This document shows, piece after piece, positions 38,262 through 47,391 of a stretch of DNA of 64,000 nt. Numbering within the stretch: the stretch's first letter is position 1; every line of letters starts with the position of its first letter. Both the position numbers and the translations under genes were made by a program. The notes below the pieces were generated by a model. The model was not told the origin of the DNA. It did not search any database and saw only the letters and a list, made by a program, of their open reading frames with translations. The stretch is from Bacillales bacterium UBA3946. Its GTDB lineage: Bacteria; Bacillota_I; Bacilli_A; ML615J-28; CAG-698. The stretch is taken from contig DGDS01000002.1 in the NCBI GenBank assembly GCA_002385575.1, positions 29,371 to 93,370 of the forward strand. The letters are read 5' to 3'.

Positions 38262-38500
38262 AATACCAAAGCGATGATGAAGAAGGGAGTAATGGCGCTC
38301 TTTTTGCTCCAGGGAATTGGGACCGCGACTGGAAGTCCCATGCAAAACTCGTCATGAAATTCGTCTTCGGAGCGGTTCTAGACAAACCCGCAGAAATGCG
38401 TTATCAAGATTGAGGGCAACATTTTTTTATGTTGAACTAAGGTGGTACCGCGGAGATTCCGTCCTTAACGTGAACGTTAAGGACTTTTTATTTTTCTAGG
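38262..38500 (+). promoter_or_regulatory. T-box riboswitch leader (Phe specifier UUC) regulating pheS-pheT
   Basis: Promoter TTGCGA-17-TATAAT at about 38226-38254. Stem I region with GAAATTCG (UUC codon). Conserved T-box sequence AACTAAGGTGGTACCGCGG at about 38437-38455. Terminator GTCCTTAACG-tgaa-CGTTAAGGAC followed by TTTTTATTTTT directly before the pheS RBS. Confidence 0.8.
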
Positions 38501-38508
38501 AGGTTGTT

Positions 38509-39531
38509 ATGGAAAAACAGTTGGACGCCTTAAAGGATGAATTAAGGCAAGCGCTGGCCGGCGTCGAAAACATGAACCAGTTGAACGAGACCAAGGCCAG
38601 GTATCTGGGGAAGAAAAGCCCGCTGCAGGATCTGATGAAACTGATGCCGGGACTGGATGTCGAGGAAAGAAAGAATCTCGGCCGACAGGTGAACGAGTTT
38701 AAAAACTACGCCGGGGAATTGATCGCGAAAAAGGCGCGGGAACTGCAGGAATTGAAAGTGCGAGAGCAGCTGGAAAAAGATGCGATCGACATTACCCTGC
38801 CCGGCAAGGCCTTTTCCATCGGCCGCCGGCACCTGCTTGACCAGACCTGGGAGGAACTCGAAGACATCTTTATCGGCCTGGGGTTCCAGATTGCCGAGGG
38901 TCCGGAAATCGAACTTGACTTGTATAACTTTGAAATGCTTAACACCCCCAAGGGACACCCGGCGCGGGACATGCAGGACTCGTTCTACATTGACGAGAAC
39001 AACCTGCTCAGGACCCAGACTTCCCCGGTGCAGATCAGGACGTTGATTGCGGCGAAGGGAGATCCGGTAAAGATCGTCTGTCCCGGCAAGGTCTACCGCC
39101 GCGACAACGACGATGCCACCCATTCGCACCAGTTCATGCAATTGGAGGGGCTCGTCGTGGATAAAAACATCACGATGGCCGATTTAAAGGGAACGCTGCG
39201 GCTTCTTATGCGGAAATTATTCGGCGACCGGTTGGAAATCCGGTTCCGTCCGTCGTTCTTCCCGTTCACCGAACCGAGCGTCGAAGTCGAGGTCACATGC
39301 TTCAAGTGCTATGGTAAAGGTTGTCCTTTGTGCAAGCACAGTGGCTGGATCGAATTGCTCGGAGCGGGCATGGTCCATCCCAACGTTTTAAGAGGGACCG
39401 GCTACGACCCGAAGATTTATCAGGGATTTGCTTTCGGCATGGGCATCGAACGCGTCGTGATGTTCCGCCACGGCATTGACGATATCAGGCTCCTGTACGG
39501 CAACGATCCGCGCTTCTTGGAGCAGTTTTAG
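38509..39531 (+). CDS. pheS: Phenylalanyl-tRNA synthetase alpha subunit
   Basis: Class II aaRS motifs (FRPSFFPFTEPS, GMGIERV). A zinc-ribbon-like CFKCYGKGCPLC insert is present. Confidence 0.95.
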   Translation: MEKQLDALKDELRQALAGVENMNQLNETKARYLGKKSPLQDLMKLMPGLDVEERKNLGRQVNEFKNYAGELIAKKARELQELKVREQLEKDAIDITLPGKAFSIGRRHLLDQTWEELEDIFIGLGFQIAEGPEIELDLYNFEMLNTPKGHPARDMQDSFYIDENNLLRTQTSPVQIRTLIAAKGDPVKIVCPGKVYRRDNDDATHSHQFMQLEGLVVDKNITMADLKGTLRLLMRKLFGDRLEIRFRPSFFPFTEPSVEVEVTCFKCYGKGCPLCKHSGWIELLGAGMVHPNVLRGTGYDPKIYQGFAFGMGIERVVMFRHGIDDIRLLYGNDPRFLEQF

Positions 39532-39540
39532 GAGGATGCG

Positions 39541-41928
39541 ATGAAAGTAAAGTTAGAATGGCTTAACGAACTGGTCGACATATCCGATATCAATGAGGAA
39601 GACTTGATAAAGGCGTTATCGCTTTATTCCATCGAAGTGGAAGGAAACCATAAAGTGCTCTCCGGCACCAACCTAGTCGTCGGACATGTCCTTTCGGCGG
39701 AACGGATCAAGGATTCCGACCATCTGAGCGCCTGCCGCGTCGATGTCGGTAGCGAGGTTTTGCCGATCGTGTGCGGCGCGCCGAATGTCCGTGCGGGGCA
39801 GTATGTCATCGTCGCCAAGGAAGGCGCGGAACTGCCGGGCGAACTAAAAATCAAACGGGCGAAAATCCGGGGCGAAGAGTCCCAGGGAATGATCTGCTCG
39901 CTTGAGGAACTGGGACTGGAAAAGAAATACGTTCCCGAAGAATACCAGAACGGCATCTATTATTTCAAAGATGAAGTCGAAGTCGGCAGCGATCCCTTGA
40001 AGGCGTTGAACCTTGCTGACACCGTGATCGAACTCGGGGTCACGCCCAACCGCGGCGACCTGCTCAGCATGCTCGGCGTCGCGATCGAGATCAGCGCCGT
40101 CTATGACCGGCCGTTCCGGATGCCCGCTTATAACGTCAACTATATCAAAGAAGAATGCGCCGATTACGTAACGATCAAAAGCGAGACGCCCGGCTGCATC
40201 GGTTATTACGCGCAGGTCTTTAAAAACGTCGAGATCAAGCCGTCGCCATGGTGGCTGATCTCTCGGCTCATCGCTTTCGGGATCAGACCGATAAACAACG
40301 TCGTCGACATCACCAACTACATTCTCGCCTTGTTCGGTCAGCCCCTGCACGCCTTCGATTATGACAAACTTGGCAAGCAGATCACAGTCCGGAACGCCCT
40401 TCCCGGTGAGACGATCACCACGCTCGACGGGGAGGAACGTAAACTCGTTCCCGCCGACCTGCTCATAACCGACGGGAAACGGCCCGTCGCCCTGGCCGGG
40501 GTCATGGGCGGACTCGACACGGAGATCACGGCGGAAACGAAAAACATCGTCCTCGAGGCCGCGGTATTTGATCCGATGTCCGTAAGCAGGACGTCAAGGC
40601 GCCTCGGCCTGATCAGTGAGTCGTCGATGCGCTTTGAAAAAGGCGTCGACATAAACCGGACGAAAATCGCCGTCGATTACGCCGCCTACCTGTTCCAAAC
40701 CCTGGCGGGCGCGGAAGTATTGAAAAACCCGGTGTATGTGGGCGTGGACAAGCCGGAACCGGTCCGGATCGAGATTAACGCTGACGAAGTGAACAAACTG
40801 CTGGGCACGTCGATCACCGACGCCGAGATCAAGGATATCTGCCGGCGGTTGAAATTCTCCGTCAACGGCAGTTCCATCGGGATTCCCAGCCGCCGTCCCG
40901 ACATCAGGATCAAAGAGGACCTGATCGAGGAAATCGGCCGGCTTCACGGTTATGACAAGATGCCATCGACGATCCCGGTCCTTCCCTCCATCGGTTATCT
41001 CACCGATAAGCAAAAAGCGCGCCGGGAAATCAAGAACATCCTGACCGGGCTCGGCTTTAACCAGCTGATAACTTATACCCTCGGCGGCGAGGAAAACGTC
41101 GGAATGTTTGCGAAACTCGTTCCCGACCAAAGGAAAACGGTCGAATTGATCAACCCGATCACTTCCGCCCGTAAGTTTCTACGCACTTCGCTTTTACCGG
41201 GACTGATTGAAAACGCCCGTTATTGCGCCGCGCACAAGATCAAGGATCTGGCCATTTTCGAACTCGGAAAAATCTTTTACAAAACCGATAAGTATTACGA
41301 GCCGGAACACCTGGCGCTCTTGATGACCGGGAAGTATGCGGGGACGCTTTGGCAGAAGAAAGAGGAAAAAGCCAACTTCTATCTGCTCAAAGGCATCTGC
41401 GAGTTGTTGTTCACAAAACTCAGGATGAACGTCGAATTCAAGCCGGTGGACAACGAAAACAATGAATTGCATCCGTGCCGGAGCGCCTACCTTTATAATG
41501 GGGACGAAATCATCGGCTTTATCGGCGCCCTGCACCCGCAATTCGCCGCCGCCTGCGATCTTGAGGACGTGTATGTTTGCGAGCTTGACGTGAGCGCCGC
41601 GCTCGAACGCAAAAAAACGGCGGTCACATACAAACCGTTCCACCGTTATCCCGCAGTCGAACGCGATATCGCAGTCATCGTTTCCCGCGGGGTTTCTGCT
41701 GGGGCGTTGGTGGCGACCGTTAAACAAAGCGCAAACAAGTACCTTCGCAAGGTCGATATCTTCGACGTTTACGCCGGGGAAAACCTCGGCGCGAACGCGA
41801 AATCGGTGGGAATAAAAATGGTGTTTTCCGCCGATTACGTCTTGACTGACGCGGAAATCAACCGTATGGTCGAAAAGATCGTAAAAAGCCTGGAAACCAA
41901 TCATCAGGCGAAATTAAGAGTCGAATAA
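39541..41928 (+). CDS. pheT: Phenylalanyl-tRNA synthetase beta subunit
   Basis: 795 aa with tRNA-binding, B3/4, B5 and FDX-ACB domains. Confidence 0.95.
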   Translation: MKVKLEWLNELVDISDINEEDLIKALSLYSIEVEGNHKVLSGTNLVVGHVLSAERIKDSDHLSACRVDVGSEVLPIVCGAPNVRAGQYVIVAKEGAELPGELKIKRAKIRGEESQGMICSLEELGLEKKYVPEEYQNGIYYFKDEVEVGSDPLKALNLADTVIELGVTPNRGDLLSMLGVAIEISAVYDRPFRMPAYNVNYIKEECADYVTIKSETPGCIGYYAQVFKNVEIKPSPWWLISRLIAFGIRPINNVVDITNYILALFGQPLHAFDYDKLGKQITVRNALPGETITTLDGEERKLVPADLLITDGKRPVALAGVMGGLDTEITAETKNIVLEAAVFDPMSVSRTSRRLGLISESSMRFEKGVDINRTKIAVDYAAYLFQTLAGAEVLKNPVYVGVDKPEPVRIEINADEVNKLLGTSITDAEIKDICRRLKFSVNGSSIGIPSRRPDIRIKEDLIEEIGRLHGYDKMPSTIPVLPSIGYLTDKQKARREIKNILTGLGFNQLITYTLGGEENVGMFAKLVPDQRKTVELINPITSARKFLRTSLLPGLIENARYCAAHKIKDLAIFELGKIFYKTDKYYEPEHLALLMTGKYAGTLWQKKEEKANFYLLKGICELLFTKLRMNVEFKPVDNENNELHPCRSAYLYNGDEIIGFIGALHPQFAAACDLEDVYVCELDVSAALERKKTAVTYKPFHRYPAVERDIAVIVSRGVSAGALVATVKQSANKYLRKVDIFDVYAGENLGANAKSVGIKMVFSADYVLTDAEINRMVEKIVKSLETNHQAKLRVE

Positions 41929-41933
41929 ACAAA

Positions 41934-41963
41934 AACACTTCACCGCGCCGGTGAAGTGTTTTA
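41934..41963. terminator. Bidirectional terminator between pheT and ispH
   Basis: AACACTTCACCGCGCCGGTGAAGTGTTTTAT. Confidence 0.75.
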
Positions 41964-42836
41964 TCTTGCCTTGAGAGATGCGATCACGTTATCGATGATC
42001 GTTTCCGGAGTTGAGGCCCCGGCGGTCACGCCGATTGTTTCGTAACCGGAAAAATCATACTTGTCAAGGTCGGATTCATCCTCGATCTGGATTGCCTTGA
42101 TCCCGTTTTTCTCTGCCGTTTCCTCAAGCATCCGGGTGTTGTTGCTGAGGGGGTCGCCGACGACGATGAGCAAATCGATTTCCCCTTTTTGGGCGATTAC
42201 GGCTTCCTGACGTCGGCGCGTGGCGTCACAAACTTCATCAACAAGTTCAAGCTGAGGAATCTTCAAACGCATTTTTTCATGCAGACGCCGGACTTCGTTG
42301 TAGGACATCGTCGTCTGGTTGGTGAGAACCGCCTTTCCCGCATATGCCGGAAGAGCTTTGATGTCATCAGCACCGGTCACGAGAATGATAGCGGGAGATA
42401 TCCCCAGCACGCCTTCGGTCTCGGGATGGTTTTTCTTCCCGTAATAATAGACGGCATAGCCCTGATATAGTTTTTCCTTGACGAGCGCGTGGGTCTTTTC
42501 GACGCAGGCGCAGGTGGCGTCGATGATGTTCAGGCCCTTTTCCCGCGCCCGGGATTTGATTTTGTCGCTGGCGCCGTGGGCGGTAATGATGATCGTGCCC
42601 TCTTCGATTTGTTCGAGCATTACATCCCGCGATAGTCCGTCCAGAACGATGATGCCCTTTTCCTGAAAGGCGCGGACGACGTGCTTGTTATGGACGATGT
42701 TGCCGAGCATGTATATGGGCTTTATCGTGTTCTCATCCGCCAGAGCCCGCTCAACGATCCTGATGGCGCGGACGACGCCCCCGCAGAAACCATGCGGTTG
42801 GATTGTCACTATTCTCATGCGCTTCACCGTTATCAT
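41961..42836 (-). CDS. ispH: 4-hydroxy-3-methylbut-2-enyl diphosphate reductase (IspH/LytB)
   Basis: PHGFCGGV [4Fe-4S] Cys motif and conserved His/Glu residues. The start may instead be the internal Met (MRIVTI, at about 42818). Confidence 0.9.
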   Translation of the reverse strand: MITVKRMRIVTIQPHGFCGGVVRAIRIVERALADENTIKPIYMLGNIVHNKHVVRAFQEKGIIVLDGLSRDVMLEQIEEGTIIITAHGASDKIKSRAREKGLNIIDATCACVEKTHALVKEKLYQGYAVYYYGKKNHPETEGVLGISPAIILVTGADDIKALPAYAGKAVLTNQTTMSYNEVRRLHEKMRLKIPQLELVDEVCDATRRRQEAVIAQKGEIDLLIVVGDPLSNNTRMLEETAEKNGIKAIQIEDESDLDKYDFSGYETIGVTAGASTPETIIDNVIASLKAR

Positions 42837-42914
42837 TATAACATATTATCAACCTGGCTGGAAATATAATGACATTTTGATAATGGTTATGGTATAATAA
42901 TACGAAAGGAGATT

Positions 42915-43793
42915 ATGATGCATTCGATAAGAAACGAGTATTTGACGGCGACGATAAAGTCAACGGGCGCCGAGTTGATCTCGCTTAAGAGCGCGAAGGG
43001 AATCGAGTACATCTGGCAGCGGGATCCGCGCTACTGGTCCCGATCTGCGCCGATCCTGTTTCCGATCGTCGGCAACCTCCGCGATAAACAAACCGTGATC
43101 AAGGGGAAAACCTATCATATGAACATCCATGGCTTTCTCCGCGATATGCCGTTTGAAGTGTTGTGTCAAAAAGAAAACGAAATCAGCCTGGTAAATACCT
43201 ATACCAATGACACCCTAAGTCTCTACCCGTATAAATACAAGGTCATCGTAACCTACACCCTGATGCAAAACACGCTGCGCACGAAAATCAACGTCGTCAA
43301 TGAATATGAGGAATTGCTGCCGTTCAACCTTGGCGGCCATCCCGCCTTCAATTGCCCGCTATATCCGGGCGAGGATTTTTCCGACTACACCATCCATTTC
43401 GCGCACGCCGAGACGTTTTCTTCGCCCAAGGTGGAAAGCAACGGCACCCTGAACTTCGACGTCGCCGCCTGTTCGTATCACAACCTGAAAAAACTGCAAC
43501 TTGATTACGGGCTGTTCGCCATTGACACGCTCATCATTCCGCGCGTCAAATCGAAAAAAGTGAAACTTCTGAACAAAAAAGACAAGGGGATTGTGTTTTC
43601 CTTTCCTCAGTTCATTACTTTCGCCGTGTGGTCGCCCCCCGGGAAACAGGCTCCCTTCGTGTGCCTCGAGCCGTGGATCGGTCATGGCGACCGGCATAAC
43701 GCCGATAATGATTTCATGAAAAAAGATAATCTGATCACGTTGAAGACCCTCGAGGAATTCAGCGCGCATTACGATATTGAAACAATAGAATAA
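42915..43793 (+). CDS. Aldose 1-epimerase-family protein (galactose mutarotase-like, YihR-type)
   Basis: HGF and GGHPAFN motifs and a beta-sandwich fold pattern. Confidence 0.65.
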   Translation: MMHSIRNEYLTATIKSTGAELISLKSAKGIEYIWQRDPRYWSRSAPILFPIVGNLRDKQTVIKGKTYHMNIHGFLRDMPFEVLCQKENEISLVNTYTNDTLSLYPYKYKVIVTYTLMQNTLRTKINVVNEYEELLPFNLGGHPAFNCPLYPGEDFSDYTIHFAHAETFSSPKVESNGTLNFDVAACSYHNLKKLQLDYGLFAIDTLIIPRVKSKKVKLLNKKDKGIVFSFPQFITFAVWSPPGKQAPFVCLEPWIGHGDRHNADNDFMKKDNLITLKTLEEFSAHYDIETIE

Positions 43794-43803
43794 GGAGGTT
43801 ATC

Positions 43804-44361
43804 ATGGTATCAAGTAACGATTTTAAAACCGGCATCACCATCGAATACGACGGCAATATCTATCAGGTTCTTGAATTCCAGCATGTCAAGCCGGGAAAGG
43901 GGCAGGCGTTCGTTCGGACGAAACTGAAGAACCTGCGGACCGGGGCGACAATCGATTATACTTTCAACGCCGATGAAAAAATCAACCGCGCCGTCATCGA
44001 AAAAAGAAAGGTCCAGTATCTTTATGACGATGGCACGAATCTGGCGTTCATGGACATGGAGACCTACGAGCAGTTCGACATCCCCCGGGAGCGGCTGGAG
44101 TTTGAAAGGAACTTCCTACTCGAGGGCGGTCAGGCTACGATCATCGATTACCAGGGCGAGATCCTGGGCGTCCAGTTACCGGAAAAAGTGACGCTCGAGG
44201 TCGTCGAGTGCGCCCCCGGCGTGAAAGGCAATACCGCTGCCAACGCCACCAAGGATGCGATCCTGGAAACCGGTTGGCGGGTCATGGTCCCGCTCTTCAT
44301 CGAAGTCGGCGATAAGATCATCGTCAGCACCTTCGACGGAAAATACCATTCCCGCGCGTAA
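43804..44361 (+). CDS. efp: Elongation factor P
   Basis: Canonical EF-P sequence (KPGKGQAFVRTKLKNL, with the conserved Lys in the loop). Confidence 0.95.
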   Translation: MVSSNDFKTGITIEYDGNIYQVLEFQHVKPGKGQAFVRTKLKNLRTGATIDYTFNADEKINRAVIEKRKVQYLYDDGTNLAFMDMETYEQFDIPRERLEFERNFLLEGGQATIIDYQGEILGVQLPEKVTLEVVECAPGVKGNTAANATKDAILETGWRVMVPLFIEVGDKIIVSTFDGKYHSRA

Positions 44362-44375
44362 GGCGGTGACCGCTC

Positions 44376-45146
44376 GTGATCTTATGTATTGACATCGGTA
44401 ACACCAATATCGTCACCGGTTTGTTAGACGATAATCGCAAACTGCTGGGGAGTTTCCGCATCCACACCAACGCCCAACAGACCGCCGATGAGTATGGTGT
44501 GAAACTGGTGGAGATCTTCCGGTTTTACGGCTACGACTACCAGCTGTTGAGCGGGGTCATCATCGCGAGCGTCGTCCCCGAACTCGACCACGTCTTCGAG
44601 CAGACGATCAAGAAATACCTTGGCATAACGCCGCTTTTCGTCGGTCCCGGCATCAAAACGGGAATCAAGGTGAAGATCGACCAACCCCGGCAATTGGGTG
44701 CCGATATTCTGGTGGGAATCGTTGGCGGCTATGCCAAGTACGGCGCGCCGCTGCTTGTGATCGACATGGGCACGGCGATCAAGTTCTTTTACCTGAACGA
44801 AGATAAGGAACTTCTGGGCGGGATCATCGCCCCGGGCATTTCCACGTCATTCGACAGCCTTGTCTCCAAGGCCTCGAAACTCGAAGGTGTTAAGATCGAC
44901 GTTCCGCCCCACATTATCGGCAGGGACACCGCGACCTCGATCCAGAGCGCGATGATCCACGGCACTGCCGCGATGATCGACGGCATCATCAAAAAGATCA
45001 GGAAGGAAATGAATGTCGACTTCCGCATCGTCATCACCGGCGGCGAGGCGCGCATCATCACTCCCTTCCTTGAGGAAAAGGTCACCTACGATGAGAACCT
45101 GATCCTCGACGGTCTTATCGAACTGTATGCAAAAAACAAATCCTAG
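44376..45146 (+). CDS. coaX: Type III pantothenate kinase
   Basis: ILCIDIGNTN ASKHA-fold N-terminus. 256 aa. Confidence 0.9.
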   Translation: MILCIDIGNTNIVTGLLDDNRKLLGSFRIHTNAQQTADEYGVKLVEIFRFYGYDYQLLSGVIIASVVPELDHVFEQTIKKYLGITPLFVGPGIKTGIKVKIDQPRQLGADILVGIVGGYAKYGAPLLVIDMGTAIKFFYLNEDKELLGGIIAPGISTSFDSLVSKASKLEGVKIDVPPHIIGRDTATSIQSAMIHGTAAMIDGIIKKIRKEMNVDFRIVITGGEARIITPFLEEKVTYDENLILDGLIELYAKNKS

Positions 45147-45172
45147 TATGAAAACATCACCCCGTTCATATA

Positions 45173-45529
45173 ATGATAAGGGTGATGTTTTTGCTTAAAG
45201 ATAATGGTCCGTTGATGTTTATTAACACGGTCAGCACTCAGGTAAACGAAGTCCCGCATCAAAAGATCTTCGACAGCCGGACACAGAAAGTGCGGAACAT
45301 CAAAACGAAGTCGAAGCTGGAATTCCTGGAGGATAGGAAACTGAATAATATCATCGAGATGTATCAGAAAAACCGGCCCGTTCTCTGCAATATCATATGT
45401 GAGGGAGAAGAGATCATCGGCATTCCCTTTAAAAAGACCGACCGCATACTTTATGTAAAAATCGATGAAGAAAGCGTCGAGAAAATATATCTACACAATA
45501 TCACCGATATTGTTATAATCAGGTTTTAA
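45173..45529 (+). CDS. Hypothetical small protein, possibly YolD-like. The start is uncertain because the first codons lie in a terminator stem.
   Basis: The C-terminal pattern ICEGEEIIGIPFKKTDRILYVKIDEESVEKIYLHNITDIVII resembles YolD-like proteins. The 11-bp stem AAACATCACCC/GGGTGATGTTT at 45158-45198 overlaps the annotated start. Confidence 0.25.
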   Translation: MIRVMFLLKDNGPLMFINTVSTQVNEVPHQKIFDSRTQKVRNIKTKSKLEFLEDRKLNNIIEMYQKNRPVLCNIICEGEEIIGIPFKKTDRILYVKIDEESVEKIYLHNITDIVIIRF

Positions 45530-45930
45530 TAGGGTTTACATCTTTTTTTACATTCTTCGCAGCAGATCGGCTCGAAGCACTGCAGCCCGCAGACGCAGCA
45601 AAGATTCAGAATCGCGGTATGATTCGTGCAGACTAATTTCGGCCCGCACTGCTTGAGAATCCTGAGCGTGACGCAGTCGCCCCTCAGTTCCTCAATCCGG
45701 AACACGTTCGAGGTTTCGGTCGTTTCCGGAATTTCCACCGTGAACGCCGTCCCGTTGCACAGATAGAAAGTAACGGGCCGCGTGTTGAACAGTTTCTTCG
45801 TTAGAGGGCTGTCGCAACCCTCGCATTCGTCTTCAAGGATTGCTTCCTTCTGCAGCTGGTCGATTTTCAGCACGATGTCATGGATGCAGTTTTTGCAGGT
45901 GGGGAAGGATGAACATTTTTCTCGAAGCAT
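45526..45930 (-). CDS. CotZ/CotY-family cysteine-rich spore coat (crust) protein
   Basis: Co-linear with B. subtilis CotZ: C..IVLKIDQLQKEAILEDECEGC, FRIEELRGDCVTLRIL, and a C-terminal Cys cluster. A sigma-K-type promoter lies upstream. Confidence 0.65.
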   Translation of the reverse strand: MLREKCSSFPTCKNCIHDIVLKIDQLQKEAILEDECEGCDSPLTKKLFNTRPVTFYLCNGTAFTVEIPETTETSNVFRIEELRGDCVTLRILKQCGPKLVCTNHTAILNLCCVCGLQCFEPICCEECKKRCKPY

Positions 45931-45951
45931 TTATTCACCTCACTTTCAGTA

Positions 45952-45979
45952 TAGGATATGAAAGGGGGCGGATAATTGT
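45952..45979 (-). promoter_or_regulatory. Putative sigma-K-type promoter for the cotZ-like gene (AC-17-CATATCCTA)
   Basis: Minus-strand reading ACaattatccgccccctttCATATCCTA, followed by an AGTGAGGTG RBS and ATG at 45930. Confidence 0.4.
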
Positions 45980-46010
45980 ATGGTTTTATGTCATTCAATT
46001 GACGAAGGCA

Positions 46011-46040
46011 TGGTAATAAAAAAACCGGTTCGACCGGTTT
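46011..46040 (-). terminator. Terminator of uppP (minus strand)
   Basis: AAAAAACCGGTTCGACCGGTTTTTTAT. Confidence 0.7.
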
Positions 46041-46041
46041 T

Positions 46042-46881
46042 TTATAATACGCCCGTTGCCACGAGCGCCATGACGATGATGGAAACCGCGAGGCAGTAAT
46101 AGCCGAAGTATTTGAGGTTGCGGTTCTTGATGAGTTTGAAGAACAGCCACAGGGCGAAATACGTCGCGACCAGGCTGATAATGAAGGCGCCGATGTAACC
46201 GGGGATAAAGATCGATCCGCCGCTGCCGTGTTTGGCCAGATCATAGACGCCAATTGCGGCGGCCCCAACGCTTGCGGGGATGTACATCATGAAGGAAAAG
46301 CGGAAGGCCTTATCAAGCTTTACTTTGTTGGTGACGCCGAAGGCGGTGGTAACGCCGGAGCGGCTGATGCCCGGCAGCAGGCCGATCACCTGCGCGCCCC
46401 CCATCAACAGGCTGTCCTTCAGGGTGATCTCTTCCCGATCCGCCTGCGGGGCGATGCTGTGCGTGTACAAAAGCAAGCTGCCGGTTATAAAGAGGCAGAT
46501 GCCGACGCATACTATATTGGTGTAATAGACATCAAGATCCAGCAACTTGATGACGATACCGGCGACGCCCGCCGGAATGGTCGCGATTATGACATAGAGC
46601 AGGAAACGAAAATCTTTTTTGCGTTCCTTGTCTTTTTTGAACAAATACCGCCAACTGCCGGTAACGATTTCCCCGATCAGGCTCCGGTAATAGAATATGA
46701 TCGCGAAGAGCGAAGCAAAATTGGTGATAATCTGAAAATTGTTCATGTCGGAATCGGCCAGGATTTTCCCGAAGACGGAATTCAGGATAACCATGTGTCC
46801 GCTTGAGGAAACCGGCAGCGGTTCGGTCAGACCCTGGATCAACCCCAACGCCAGGTATTTTAAGAATTCGATAATGTCCAT
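46042..46881 (-). CDS. uppP: Undecaprenyl-diphosphate phosphatase (BacA/UppP)
   Basis: N-terminus GLIQGLTEPLPVSSSGH, an 8-TM pattern, and the PGxSRSG motif (PGISRSG). Confidence 0.9.
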   Translation of the reverse strand: MDIIEFLKYLALGLIQGLTEPLPVSSSGHMVILNSVFGKILADSDMNNFQIITNFASLFAIIFYYRSLIGEIVTGSWRYLFKKDKERKKDFRFLLYVIIATIPAGVAGIVIKLLDLDVYYTNIVCVGICLFITGSLLLYTHSIAPQADREEITLKDSLLMGGAQVIGLLPGISRSGVTTAFGVTNKVKLDKAFRFSFMMYIPASVGAAAIGVYDLAKHGSGGSIFIPGYIGAFIISLVATYFALWLFFKLIKNRNLKYFGYYCLAVSIIVMALVATGVL

Positions 46882-46998
46882 AGCTCACCTTTTTCGTATT
46901 GCCCACATTATAACACGAAGAAAACAATTTGTAAATGTCTTAACAAACCAATGAAAACATGCTATAATAAAGTAAATAACAAAGAAGGAGTTTCCATT

Positions 46999-47391
46999 AT
47001 GATATTTGCGATTACGGTAGATGACTGGACGCTCATTATCCTCGCGATCTGCGTGTTGCCGATAATGGCGCTCATCGTTTATGCGTTGGTAATGACACTG
47101 ATAAAAAAGAGACAACAAGCCGAGGTCCGCGCCAAGGAGATCGCGGCGACCGAGGACGACACGCAGAAGGAATTGTTCCTGCGCCTTTATGGGGGCGCGG
47201 ATAATATCGAGAGCGTCTCAAGGGAATTAAGCCGGATCAGCGTCCGTGTCAAGGATATCGACAAGGTCCTGGTCGAGGAATTAAAGGAAACGGGAGCGAA
47301 AGGCATTTTGCTGGTAAACGACATCGTGAAATGTAATTTTGGCGACCGGGCCGCTTACATTTTCCGGTTGCTGGATAAGGAAACGGAATGA
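46999..47391 (+). CDS. Membrane-anchored protein with a degenerate PTS EIIB(Glc)-like domain lacking the phospho-Cys
   Basis: N-terminal TM helix. The domain LYGGADNIESVSRELSRISVRVKD...GAKGILLV parallels the EIIB motif ...NI..V..C.TRLR... but has Ser/Arg where the Cys should be. AAGGAG RBS. Confidence 0.45.
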   Translation: MIFAITVDDWTLIILAICVLPIMALIVYALVMTLIKKRQQAEVRAKEIAATEDDTQKELFLRLYGGADNIESVSRELSRISVRVKDIDKVLVEELKETGAKGILLVNDIVKCNFGDRAAYIFRLLDKETE

